From Candidatus Niyogibacteria bacterium (GTDB lineage Bacteria > Patescibacteriota > Minisyncoccia > JACROR01): a stretch of DNA of 64,000 nt. The notes below the pieces were generated by a model. That model was not told where the DNA came from and made no database searches. It saw only the letters and a program-made list of their open reading frames with translations. The stretch lies in assembly GCA_016214345.1 (NCBI GenBank), contig JACROR010000001.1:1264-65263 (forward strand), given 5' to 3'. Below, one piece after another: positions 8,578 through 16,989 of the stretch. A program made the position numbers and the translations under genes. Every line of letters begins with the position of its first letter. Within the stretch, counting starts at the first letter, position 1.

Positions 8578-9957
8578 ATGCCCGCAAGAGAAAAATTCAA
8601 TAAAATAATACTAATTTTAGGAGATGTCGCCATTCTCTATATTTCGCTACTTCTCGCTCTTACCATAAGATACGGCGGACTGCCCACTCCAAAAATCTGG
8701 AACGCGCATTTAATCCCTTTTGCCATAATATTTTTCATCTGGATTGTTATATTTTATATAGCCGGATTATACGACCCCGCCAAATTCATTTCCGCCAAAG
8801 AAATGCAAAAACAAATAATATGGGCGATGGAATTCGCGGGCATCATCGCCTTAGCCGCATTTTATTTAATTCCGTATTTCCTCATAACCCCGAAAACCAA
8901 TCTGTTTTTGGATTTAATAATAACGCTTCTGCTACTCATTATCTGGCGCAGAAATTTTTTGATGTGGCTCATAAAGGCGCGGAAAATAAATATTTTATTT
9001 TTTGGCTTATCCAAAGACATCGCGCAATTCATATCACATATTGCTAAAAATCCTCAATTGGGTTACCACATAGCGGCTATAATGAAACTACCCGAAGAAA
9101 ATGGCGGCACTTATGATATTCCTTCGGAAATTCCCGCATTTAACTTTGACCACAACTTGACCGACTTAATAAAAAACAAAGGCGTTTCTTTAATCGTGGC
9201 ATCCAGCAGTATAAAACAAAACCAAGAAATTATAAGAATGTTTTATGAAATACTGCCGCTTCGCGTCTCCATCGTAGATTTTCCGAGATTTTACGAGGAG
9301 CTTTTTGGCAAAGTGCCGGTGTCTCTCATTACCGAATCTTGGTTTTTGGAAAATCTTATGGAGTTAAACAAAGGAGCGTTTGAAACCATAAAACGATGGT
9401 CAGATATTATTTTGGCCATTGTCCTTGGCACCGCGACCATTATCATTACTCCTTTGATTGCTTTATTGATAAAAATAGACAGCCGAGGTCCGGTATTTTA
9501 CAGCCAAAAACGAATTGGCAAAGACGGCAAAATATTTGAAATTATTAAATTCCGCTCCATGGTCCAAAATGCCGAACAAGGCGAAGCAAAATGGGCAATG
9601 GAAAAAGATGGCCGCGTTACTAAGTTTGGCGGTATTTTGCGCAAAACCAGAATAGACGAACTGCCGCAACTCTGGAATGTGCTGAAAGGAGAGCTGTCTT
9701 TCGTTGGCCCTAGACCTGAGCGCCCCGAATTCGTGGAAATGTTGAAAAAAGAAATACCGCATTACGCCATGCGGCACATCGTAAAACCGGGACTTTCCGG
9801 ATGGGCGCAAATTAATTTTCCTTACGGCGCTTCCGTGGAAGACTCCATGGAAAAACTGCAATATGATCTCTATTACATAAAAAACCGATCACTGCCTCTG
9901 GAATTTTCCATATACTTAAAAACCATAGCTACGGTCATCCGCCGTCAAGGCAGATGA
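8578..9957 (+). CDS. Polyprenyl-phosphate hexose-1-phosphate transferase (WbaP/PglC-type initiating phosphoglycosyltransferase, bacterial sugar transferase family)
   Basis: 4-5 N-terminal TM helices, then the conserved C-terminal PGT domain: DIILAIVLG..., KFRSM, DELPQLWNVLKGELSFVGPRPERPEF. Confidence 0.85.
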   Translation: MPAREKFNKIILILGDVAILYISLLLALTIRYGGLPTPKIWNAHLIPFAIIFFIWIVIFYIAGLYDPAKFISAKEMQKQIIWAMEFAGIIALAAFYLIPYFLITPKTNLFLDLIITLLLLIIWRRNFLMWLIKARKINILFFGLSKDIAQFISHIAKNPQLGYHIAAIMKLPEENGGTYDIPSEIPAFNFDHNLTDLIKNKGVSLIVASSSIKQNQEIIRMFYEILPLRVSIVDFPRFYEELFGKVPVSLITESWFLENLMELNKGAFETIKRWSDIILAIVLGTATIIITPLIALLIKIDSRGPVFYSQKRIGKDGKIFEIIKFRSMVQNAEQGEAKWAMEKDGRVTKFGGILRKTRIDELPQLWNVLKGELSFVGPRPERPEFVEMLKKEIPHYAMRHIVKPGLSGWAQINFPYGASVEDSMEKLQYDLYYIKNRSLPLEFSIYLKTIATVIRRQGR

Positions 9958-11081
9958 GCTTCTATAATTTCCCGCATACCGCGAGCGCGCGCATCCCATG
10001 TGTATTTTTTTATCTCATTTGAAGCGGCTATTGATTTTTCCTTGGCCTCTTCGGGATGTTGAATCACATAATCAATCATTTGAGCAAGCCGTTCCGGATC
10101 GTCGGGCGGAACGAAAAACACCATTTTATCGTCCACAATTTCCCGCAAAGACGGAAGGTCTGAGGCAATAATAGGTATATTGCTCGCCATAGAGGAAAAT
10201 AATTTCAAAGGCGAGGTGTAAGATTTGGATATCTCAAAACGAGCGGAATTCGGAATAACCAAAATATTTGCGGATTGTTTATACTTTGGCATTTCGGCAT
10301 ACGGTTTGCGCCCTAATATTTTAATGCGGGGATTTTGGCCATATTTTTCGCGAAAAATAACCACATCTTCATCGGTCCCACCGACAAAAACAAATAAAAC
10401 ATTTGATTGGACTTTGGAAGCGGCCTCAGCAAGAATATGCGCTCCCTTCCATTCATACAAATGTCCGCTATATAACACTATAGGCACATCTACCGGCAAA
10501 CCTGCCAATTTTCTCGGTTCATTTTTATCTTTAACGACCACAAACCTATCTAAGCCGACGGCATCTGGAAAAACATATAATTTATTTTTATCTTTAATAC
10601 CATAGGAAATAAATTTTTCTTTAAGGCCGTTTGATATAAAAAATGTGGCCATGGATTTTTTAATCGCATAATCGGCTCGGCGGCTATAAAAATCCTGGTG
10701 TACTTCCCACACAAAATGAATACCACAAAGAGCCGATAAAAAGGCAAGGTTGGCGTCGCGAACAAAAATCACATCGGCATTTTTATAATCCCCGCGCCGG
10801 AGAAAACTTAGAAAAAAAATAAAGGTTCGCAAAATAAAGGATAGCTTATTCAGATGCCTAAAACTGGGCGTTCTGTAACCGTTGTCTATGCTAAAAACGG
10901 GAGCCACATCGTAATACTCAAAAGCATCGCTGGCATTTTTGTTGAATGCCGGCACCGCCAGAGTGGTTTTTATGCCCGAATGAGCGAACGCCTCGCACAT
11001 CTTCATTATTTGAATGCCGTGCGCCTTCTCGGTCGGCAGACGCATATTTTCAAGATAGATAAGCGACAAAGATTTTTGCAT
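9945..11081 (-). CDS. Glycosyltransferase family 4 (GT-B)
   Basis: C-terminal GT4 signature (EWKGAHILAEAA ... SPLKLFSSMASNIPIIASDLPSLREIV). The N-terminus RLPTEKAHGIQIM is shared with the 58365-59540 paralogue. Confidence 0.8.
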   Translation of the reverse strand: MQKSLSLIYLENMRLPTEKAHGIQIMKMCEAFAHSGIKTTLAVPAFNKNASDAFEYYDVAPVFSIDNGYRTPSFRHLNKLSFILRTFIFFLSFLRRGDYKNADVIFVRDANLAFLSALCGIHFVWEVHQDFYSRRADYAIKKSMATFFISNGLKEKFISYGIKDKNKLYVFPDAVGLDRFVVVKDKNEPRKLAGLPVDVPIVLYSGHLYEWKGAHILAEAASKVQSNVLFVFVGGTDEDVVIFREKYGQNPRIKILGRKPYAEMPKYKQSANILVIPNSARFEISKSYTSPLKLFSSMASNIPIIASDLPSLREIVDDKMVFFVPPDDPERLAQMIDYVIQHPEEAKEKSIAASNEIKKYTWDARARGMREIIEAHLP

Positions 11082-11150
11082 AATTAAATATTCGCATAAA
11101 TTATTATTGGTTACAACACAAAAAAATATTTATGGTATTATACATTCTAT

Positions 11151-12317
11151 ATGAAAATACTTTTGGCAACGCCCCTTTACCCTCCCGAAATAGGCGGTCC
11201 CGCCACCTATACGAAAGAGTTGGTGGAGCGCCTAAAAAATTACCATCAAATCAAAATCGTCGCTTATACGGCAAAAAGTCCGGAACAAATAAGCGGCGTG
11301 GAATTAATTTTTGTTGATAAGTTAAAGCCGCTTCCTTATCGACTAATCGTATTTTTTCTCGCGATTCTTAAACATGCGAAAGACGCAGACATTATTTATG
11401 TTCAAAACGCGATGGCGGCAGGCCTACCCGCCGTACTCGCCGCAAAACTCCGACAAAAACCGATAGCGCTCAAATTCGTAGGCGACGAAGCCTGGGAGCG
11501 AGCATACGGAGAAAACAGAACCCAAAAACTATTAGTGGACTTTCTGCGAAATCCCGACGGCGGACTAAAAAGTTGGGTATTCAGAAAAATCCAAAAATTT
11601 GTTTTGCGAAACGCAACCATAATAACCACGCCGTCAAAATATCTCGGAGAAGAAATAATAAAAGCCTATGGCATCAGACAATCTTCTCACATTCTAAATT
11701 ACAATGCCGCCAAACAAAAAAATGAATACAAAGAAGACGATCTATTTAACATAGAAAAGAAAAAGCACCAGCTGCTTACCACGGCACGGTTGGTTTCTTG
11801 GAAGGGCGTGGATGGAATAATACAAGCGGTGGCAATTTTAAAAAATAAAATACCCGACCTAAAGCTCATAGTGGCGGGAGACGGCCCTGAGTTGGGAAAC
11901 CTTAAAAGAATCGCGCAAAACCTTAAAGTAAATCAGATGGTTAATTTTATAGGGAATGTGTCGCATGCCCAAACCAGACATTTGAGAAAAGAATCCGAAA
12001 TTTATATACTAAATTCCCTGTATGAAGGATTGCCACATACGATATTAGCCAGCTTTTCCGCAGAAATACCGGTTATAGCAACAAATGTGCCGGGCACAGA
12101 TGAAGCAGTATACGACGGAGAAACCGGAATTTTAGTGCCACCAAGCAATCCTCAAAAATTAGCAGAGGCCATAGAAAAATTGCTTGATGATCATGAACTG
12201 CAAAATAAAATAACGAGCGGCGCAACAAAACTTCTGCGTGAAAAATTCTCCTGGGACGCGCACATCAAGACCCTACTTGAAATTTTTCATTCTATTTTGT
12301 TTAAACCAAATAACTAA
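11151..12317 (+). CDS. Glycosyltransferase family 4 (GT-B)
   Basis: MKILLATPLYPPEIGGPATY N-terminus and the EGLPHTILASFSAEIPVIATNVPGTDEAV E-x7-E-like motif. Confidence 0.8.
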   Translation: MKILLATPLYPPEIGGPATYTKELVERLKNYHQIKIVAYTAKSPEQISGVELIFVDKLKPLPYRLIVFFLAILKHAKDADIIYVQNAMAAGLPAVLAAKLRQKPIALKFVGDEAWERAYGENRTQKLLVDFLRNPDGGLKSWVFRKIQKFVLRNATIITTPSKYLGEEIIKAYGIRQSSHILNYNAAKQKNEYKEDDLFNIEKKKHQLLTTARLVSWKGVDGIIQAVAILKNKIPDLKLIVAGDGPELGNLKRIAQNLKVNQMVNFIGNVSHAQTRHLRKESEIYILNSLYEGLPHTILASFSAEIPVIATNVPGTDEAVYDGETGILVPPSNPQKLAEAIEKLLDDHELQNKITSGATKLLREKFSWDAHIKTLLEIFHSILFKPNN

Positions 12318-13247
12318 GCGAGAAAGTCCGTCTTCTAACGAAACTTCCGGCTCCCACCCGAGAATAAGCTTGGCTTTTTTTATGTCCGCGCAAGTTTCTT
12401 CTACACTCGCCGCATGGCTTGGCCTTTCTTTAACCTTGGCCTTGGTGCCAATCACCTTCTCTAACGCCGCCAAAAGCTCTCGCAACGAATAAGGCCTTCC
12501 GTATCCTATATTCAAAATTTCAAAACCGGCGTCTTTCAGCTCCAAGGCCTTGATTATGGCCCCAACCGTATCGCCCACATAGGTATAATCTCTTTTCCTG
12601 CTTCCGCCTCCCGATATTTCAATCTGCTCGCCGCGAAGTATTTTGTCGGTCCAAATGTAAGGCACCATATCCGGCCTGTTATTCTCGCCGTATGCGTTAA
12701 AAAATCGCAAACACACGGAATTAAGTCCGAAATTATGATAATAAGTGTAAATAAAAAATTCTCCGGATCGCTTAGTCGCGCCATAGGGCGATATTGCAAA
12801 ACTATGGGCATCGTCTTCTTTGAACGGCACAGAGGCAGTATTGCCATACACGGAAGAAGATGAAGCAAAAACAAAATTTTTTACTCCATAATCTTTCGCG
12901 AGCTCCAATAAATTAATAGTTCCCTTAATATTTATCGCCTCATAAATATATGGATCGGCGACCGCTTTTCTCGTATCTGTTTTGGCAGCAAGATGCACGA
13001 CATATTCCGGCTTTTCTTTCTCAAAAATCTTCTTTAAACCAGCAAAATCCAAAATATCTTTTTTATAAAAAATAAAATTTTCATGGCCATCAAACGGCCT
13101 TAAGTTGTCCTCCTTATACGCCACCTCATAAGAACTATCCATATTATCAACAACCGCCACGCGATATTGGCCGCCGCTTAAAAGCTCTCGTATTAAATTA
13201 GATCCTATGAATCCGGCGCCTCCGGTTACTAAAACTGTCTTCATGGC
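12273..13247 (-). CDS. NAD-dependent epimerase/dehydratase (SDR; UDP-glucuronate/GlcNAc epimerase-like)
   Basis: MKTVLVTGGAGFIGSNLIREL and YGATKRSGE (YxxxK). Likely start is MKTVLV at 13247; the ORF-track start at 13289 is a probable over-extension. Confidence 0.8.
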   Translation of the reverse strand, partial: AMKTVLVTGGAGFIGSNLIRELLSGGQYRVAVVDNMDSSYEVAYKEDNLRPFDGHENFIFYKKDILDFAGLKKIFEKEKPEYVVHLAAKTDTRKAVADPYIYEAINIKGTINLLELAKDYGVKNFVFASSSSVYGNTASVPFKEDDAHSFAISPYGATKRSGEFFIYTYYHNFGLNSVCLRFFNAYGENNRPDMVPYIWTDKILRGEQIEISGGGSRKRDYTYVGDTVGAIIKALELKDAGFEILNIGYGRPYSLRELLAALEKVIGTKAKVKERPSHAASVEETCADIKKAKLILGWEPEVSLEDGLSRLVIWFKQNRMKNFK

Positions 13248-13305
13248 ATATTGCTTAATATAAGAATATACTATACTATAAACGCACAAAAAGACAATCC
13301 ATCAT

Positions 13306-14388
13306 ATGGCGATACCCGACTACAAAAATCAAATTCAAGCGGAGCTCAATAATATATCTCCAATCTTATTTAAAATAGGACTGGAAATGGAAAAAAAACA
13401 GCCGCACATAAGCGGCGAGAGAGCCGTATTAAGCCAAAAAAGTCTTGTACTTTTTTGCGCTGAAAAATCAACCGGCAACCGCGTAGTAGTAAAATGCAGT
13501 GGGCATGAAGACGGCATGCGCGAGATCCGGCGCGAAAAAATAATGCGCGATCATTTGGCCACGGCAAAATATTCCACTGATCGCCCAGCTCTTCCCAAAG
13601 AAACATTTTTCGGGGAACGCGACAATTATATATTCTTGGCTACGGAATATGTAGATCAAGAACGAGTGTTTGTCAAACACGATTTGCAACAGCAATTTTT
13701 CATGGCCTTGAACGCCTTTGAACGGCAAGAAGCATTTCACGCGACTACCTATGAGCATCTTAGTTCCATAAAAAAAATCGCCGAAATCATTACCCCCGAA
13801 CTTTATTCAGAAAAATTCGGAAACTTTATAAAAAATGCTAATGCAAATTACCAAAACAGCGAAACGCTCTCAACTCTAATGCAAGCGAAGAATCTTTTTG
13901 ATCAAAACCTTAATATGGTAAGAACTTATTCTTATTATCTTATACATGAAGACTTGGTCCCCCACAATTTCCGAATAAGAAATTCGCACATTCATATGTT
14001 AGACTGCGCATCCCTCCAATATGGCAATAAATATGAGTCATGGGCGCGTTTTATAAATTATATGGTGATACACAGCCCGGAGCTTGAAAAAAAACTTCTG
14101 CAATATATTAAAAATAGCAGAGGAGAAAGAGAATATCTTTGTTTGCGAGTTATGCGCGCATTTAAGGTGGCGCAATTGATAAATTACCATGCAAGCCTGA
14201 TTTCCAAAGTTGAAGGTAATTTTCTGCAACTGACAAAAATTAGATTGGACTTTTGGACAAAAGTCCTGTCTAAAATACTCGCGGACGAAAAAATATCTTC
14301 AGAAGAGCATGAAAACTATACGCGGCAAAGAGACGCCCTGAGAAGCAATGAAGAAAAAGAAAGGCAACAGGAATTTGCCGTGGCTTAA
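13306..14388 (+). CDS. Protein-kinase-like / aminoglycoside-phosphotransferase (APH)-fold phosphotransferase, substrate unknown (candidate sugar anomeric kinase)
   Basis: Brenner-type catalytic motif IHEDLVPHNF (HxDxxxxN) followed by a DxxS-like region (LDCASL). Length is ~360 aa. Confidence 0.5.
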   Translation: MAIPDYKNQIQAELNNISPILFKIGLEMEKKQPHISGERAVLSQKSLVLFCAEKSTGNRVVVKCSGHEDGMREIRREKIMRDHLATAKYSTDRPALPKETFFGERDNYIFLATEYVDQERVFVKHDLQQQFFMALNAFERQEAFHATTYEHLSSIKKIAEIITPELYSEKFGNFIKNANANYQNSETLSTLMQAKNLFDQNLNMVRTYSYYLIHEDLVPHNFRIRNSHIHMLDCASLQYGNKYESWARFINYMVIHSPELEKKLLQYIKNSRGEREYLCLRVMRAFKVAQLINYHASLISKVEGNFLQLTKIRLDFWTKVLSKILADEKISSEEHENYTRQRDALRSNEEKERQQEFAVA

Positions 14389-15161
14389 AAATACTTTGCA
14401 ACCCTTTCCTTAATGGCATTATTGCAAACCGCAAATACTTTCTGCGGTTTTTTGCTGAATTTTTCGGATAAGTCGGATACCATAATTTGCCCACCAGCCT
14501 CTTCCAGAATTCCTATGGCGGAAGAGATATCCATGGTCGTTAAAGTGCCATATACGGCCAACTCCGCCCTTCCCGCGGCTACAAAACATATATCAAGCGA
14601 CGATGATGCAAAATTATTAATTTTTTTAACTTCTCCTAACAACTTCTTATAAAGTCCTATGCCCCAATCTCTGATTTTAGGATCTCGGCCAACATGTAAA
14701 AGCACAAAAGATTTTTTTAAATCCGTTTCTAAAGAAATTCGTATTTTTTGTCCATTTAAAAACGCACCGCCACCTTTTTGAAAACTAAATAATTCATCAG
14801 TTATGGGATTATATACGGCGCCAATCACCGGCACACCATTTTCCATAAGTCCCACGCATATGGCGAAATGCGGAATATGCCGAGAAAAATTAGAAGTACC
14901 GTCTATCGGATCAATACTCCAAACATATTTGGTTTTTTTAACAAATATATCAGTGCCCTCTTCGGAATAAATCGCGTGGTCCGGGAATTGCTTCTTGATT
15001 GCAGAAGATATAAAATGGCTTATTTTTATATCCGCATCCGTAACCACATCCCTAATATCATCTCCCTTATGCGATACAACGAAATCCAAATGATATAATT
15101 CCTTAAGAAACTCGCCCGCTTTTTTGGTTAAATCCACGGTAAATTTATAAAAGTCGTTCAT
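14385..15161 (-). CDS. Inositol monophosphatase / CysQ-family phosphatase
   Basis: IMPase motifs SEEG and WSIDPIDGTSNF, plus a C-terminal ...DICFVAAGRAE region. Confidence 0.8.
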   Translation of the reverse strand: MNDFYKFTVDLTKKAGEFLKELYHLDFVVSHKGDDIRDVVTDADIKISHFISSAIKKQFPDHAIYSEEGTDIFVKKTKYVWSIDPIDGTSNFSRHIPHFAICVGLMENGVPVIGAVYNPITDELFSFQKGGGAFLNGQKIRISLETDLKKSFVLLHVGRDPKIRDWGIGLYKKLLGEVKKINNFASSSLDICFVAAGRAELAVYGTLTTMDISSAIGILEEAGGQIMVSDLSEKFSKKPQKVFAVCNNAIKERVAKYF

Positions 15162-15195
15162 ACCAAAAATTTAGCACGATTGCGCCGCAACAACA

Positions 15196-15232
15196 ATAAA
15201 ACATCCCGGCATAACCGGGATGTTTTATTTGG
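15196..15232. terminator. Bidirectional rho-independent terminator (aaaacatcccgg-cataa-ccgggatgtttt)
   Basis: Perfect 12-bp stem with T-runs on both strands, downstream of the 15250-16203 gene. Confidence 0.55.
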
Positions 15233-15249
15233 TCAACTCAATTCAATAT

Positions 15250-16203
15250 CTATTGTGGGGACGGCGCGGGAGTTAAATTCATCCAATCAAAATTGTAAGC
15301 AGGGGCTGTGGTGGGAGCGGTCGCAGGAGCTGACACGGGCGCTGAAGGCGTTACTGCGGGAACCGCCGCAGGAGCGGCAGACGGAGCAGCCGCGCCGCCA
15401 AACACTTCCTGAATCTTGGCGCGAGTTTTAGGACCAAGCGCTCCATATCCGGTAGTTGCCGGAGTTCCCGAAGAAACAATTCCGTACTTTGCTTGGAATT
15501 TTTGAAGAGCCTTCTCGGTTAAAGATCCAAAATATGACGTTTCTTTGCCGAGAGATCCAACACCGGAGCTCGCAATTTTGGTATCAGCGTCTGAATTAAG
15601 CAATTGCTGAAGCCTTTTTACATCTAAACTTGTTGCGCCTATCTTGAGTGCCTTGCTAAATACCGGAGACACCGCTACTGCTACGGACGATGGCGTAGCC
15701 ATTATCGCGGCTGGTATGGTGGGCGCGGTAACCACTGCCACGGGGGCAGATACTGCCACTGCTCCGTTTTGCGCGGGAATAACCGGAGCAATTCCACTAC
15801 CACCTCCGCCACCGCCTCCGCCTCCTCCACCACCGTCTACAATACAAGCTGAAGTTTGTGGGGTTATGGTAGGCGTTACTTGCACACCGGCTGACGGATT
15901 GGAAATAGTAGTAATCGCGTTGGAAGAAGAACAAGTGGAAGTAATCGCCAACGATCCCAACTGACTTACAGTTAAGAACCTTCTGTCCGAAGAAGTTATT
16001 TCTATAGACTGCCCGCCCGACAAAGTTACCGTAAAATCGCTGGCGCTAACTGTTATGGAATCAACAGCGGCAGTAGAGCCGGACACATTCAAATTTATAC
16101 TAGAAACGCTGATGATGGCGTCCGTACCAAGACTTAGGTCTGCCGCCAACGCTGAAACGGGTAAAAGCAAGCTCAAGAAAATTGTTAAATAAATTTTCAT
16201 CAT
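15250..16203 (-). CDS. Secreted Ser/Thr/Ala/Pro-rich surface protein with poly-Gly linker and peptidoglycan-binding-like domain
   Basis: Signal peptide (MMKIYLTIFLSLLLPVSALA). A Ser/Thr-rich beta-like N-domain is followed by a G13 linker. A PG_binding_1-like segment (LDVKRLQQLLN...GSLGKETSYFGSLTEKALQKFQAKYGI) and an Ala/Pro-rich tail follow. Confidence 0.6.
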   Translation of the reverse strand: MMKIYLTIFLSLLLPVSALAADLSLGTDAIISVSSINLNVSGSTAAVDSITVSASDFTVTLSGGQSIEITSSDRRFLTVSQLGSLAITSTCSSSNAITTISNPSAGVQVTPTITPQTSACIVDGGGGGGGGGGGGSGIAPVIPAQNGAVAVSAPVAVVTAPTIPAAIMATPSSVAVAVSPVFSKALKIGATSLDVKRLQQLLNSDADTKIASSGVGSLGKETSYFGSLTEKALQKFQAKYGIVSSGTPATTGYGALGPKTRAKIQEVFGGAAAPSAAPAAVPAVTPSAPVSAPATAPTTAPAYNFDWMNLTPAPSPQ

Positions 16204-16231
16204 ATTGTTAATTAAATTTTCAAAAGCTAAA

Positions 16232-16867
16232 TTATCTCACTGCCCAGAAATTCAAAGTACCGGAAACAGTTTGTGTGCCACCAGGAGTTATTCCCTCATT
16301 AAAAAGATCCACATTAATCTGATTAATAATGGACGAAGATGCCGCTCGGATAAAAATTTGCGGATTATAACTTCCGGAGACCAGGCTAGAAGTCGCCATC
16401 ACAAATACTTTATCACCGCTACGAACACCAGCAGCGCTAGTGCATGCAAAATTTTGTGTGGTTGAGGCGGTTAAAGTCGTGCTAGTCAGGTTACATGTCC
16501 CAAATACCATTCCGGCAATAGTGCCATTAGTGCTGTCTCCGCCGACTATCAAACTCGTTGAACTCGCGGTTCCCACAACCTCCAACGCAGTGTTAGGAGT
16601 TATGGTCAGCACACCAACGCGATTATTGGTTCCATCAACATAAAAAGTGGTGGTATCCACTGTAAAATTAGTACCAACCGTGGCGGCTGCGCTCATAGTG
16701 ACCGCGCCGGTCAATGTGCTTGCGCCGGTAACATCTAGTGTGCCGCCGGTATTAATACTCGTGCTAATCGTAGTAGCCGCGCTCGTAAACAACGCTACCA
16801 AAAGAAAAGACATCAAGCTCGCCATTATAATGCCTGACGCCTTTTTCGTATCTAAAAATCTTCGCAT
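16232..16867 (-). CDS. Secreted Thr/Ser/Gly-rich surface protein (candidate O-glycosylation acceptor)
   Basis: Signal peptide (MASLMSFLLVALFTSAA; the true start may be this internal Met). About 35% Ser+Thr with alternating beta-strand-like pattern and two Cys. AT-rich promoter region upstream. Confidence 0.55.
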   Translation of the reverse strand: MRRFLDTKKASGIIMASLMSFLLVALFTSAATTISTSINTGGTLDVTGASTLTGAVTMSAAATVGTNFTVDTTTFYVDGTNNRVGVLTITPNTALEVVGTASSTSLIVGGDSTNGTIAGMVFGTCNLTSTTLTASTTQNFACTSAAGVRSGDKVFVMATSSLVSGSYNPQIFIRAASSSIINQINVDLFNEGITPGGTQTVSGTLNFWAVR

Positions 16868-16989
16868 AATTATTTTTTACTAATTGATAATTTTCTAATT
16901 AAATAATGAACGTTATAAATCGACATTTATAATGTATTATTCTTAGTATAAATTAATTATGCCCGAAACTAAATTATATCTGTGGATAA

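Noticed and set aside
15644-15964. Plus-strand ORF encoding a P12 poly-proline run
   Set aside because: It is the mirror image of the G13 linker in the well-supported minus-strand secreted-protein gene, an artefact of the GGN/NCC repeat.
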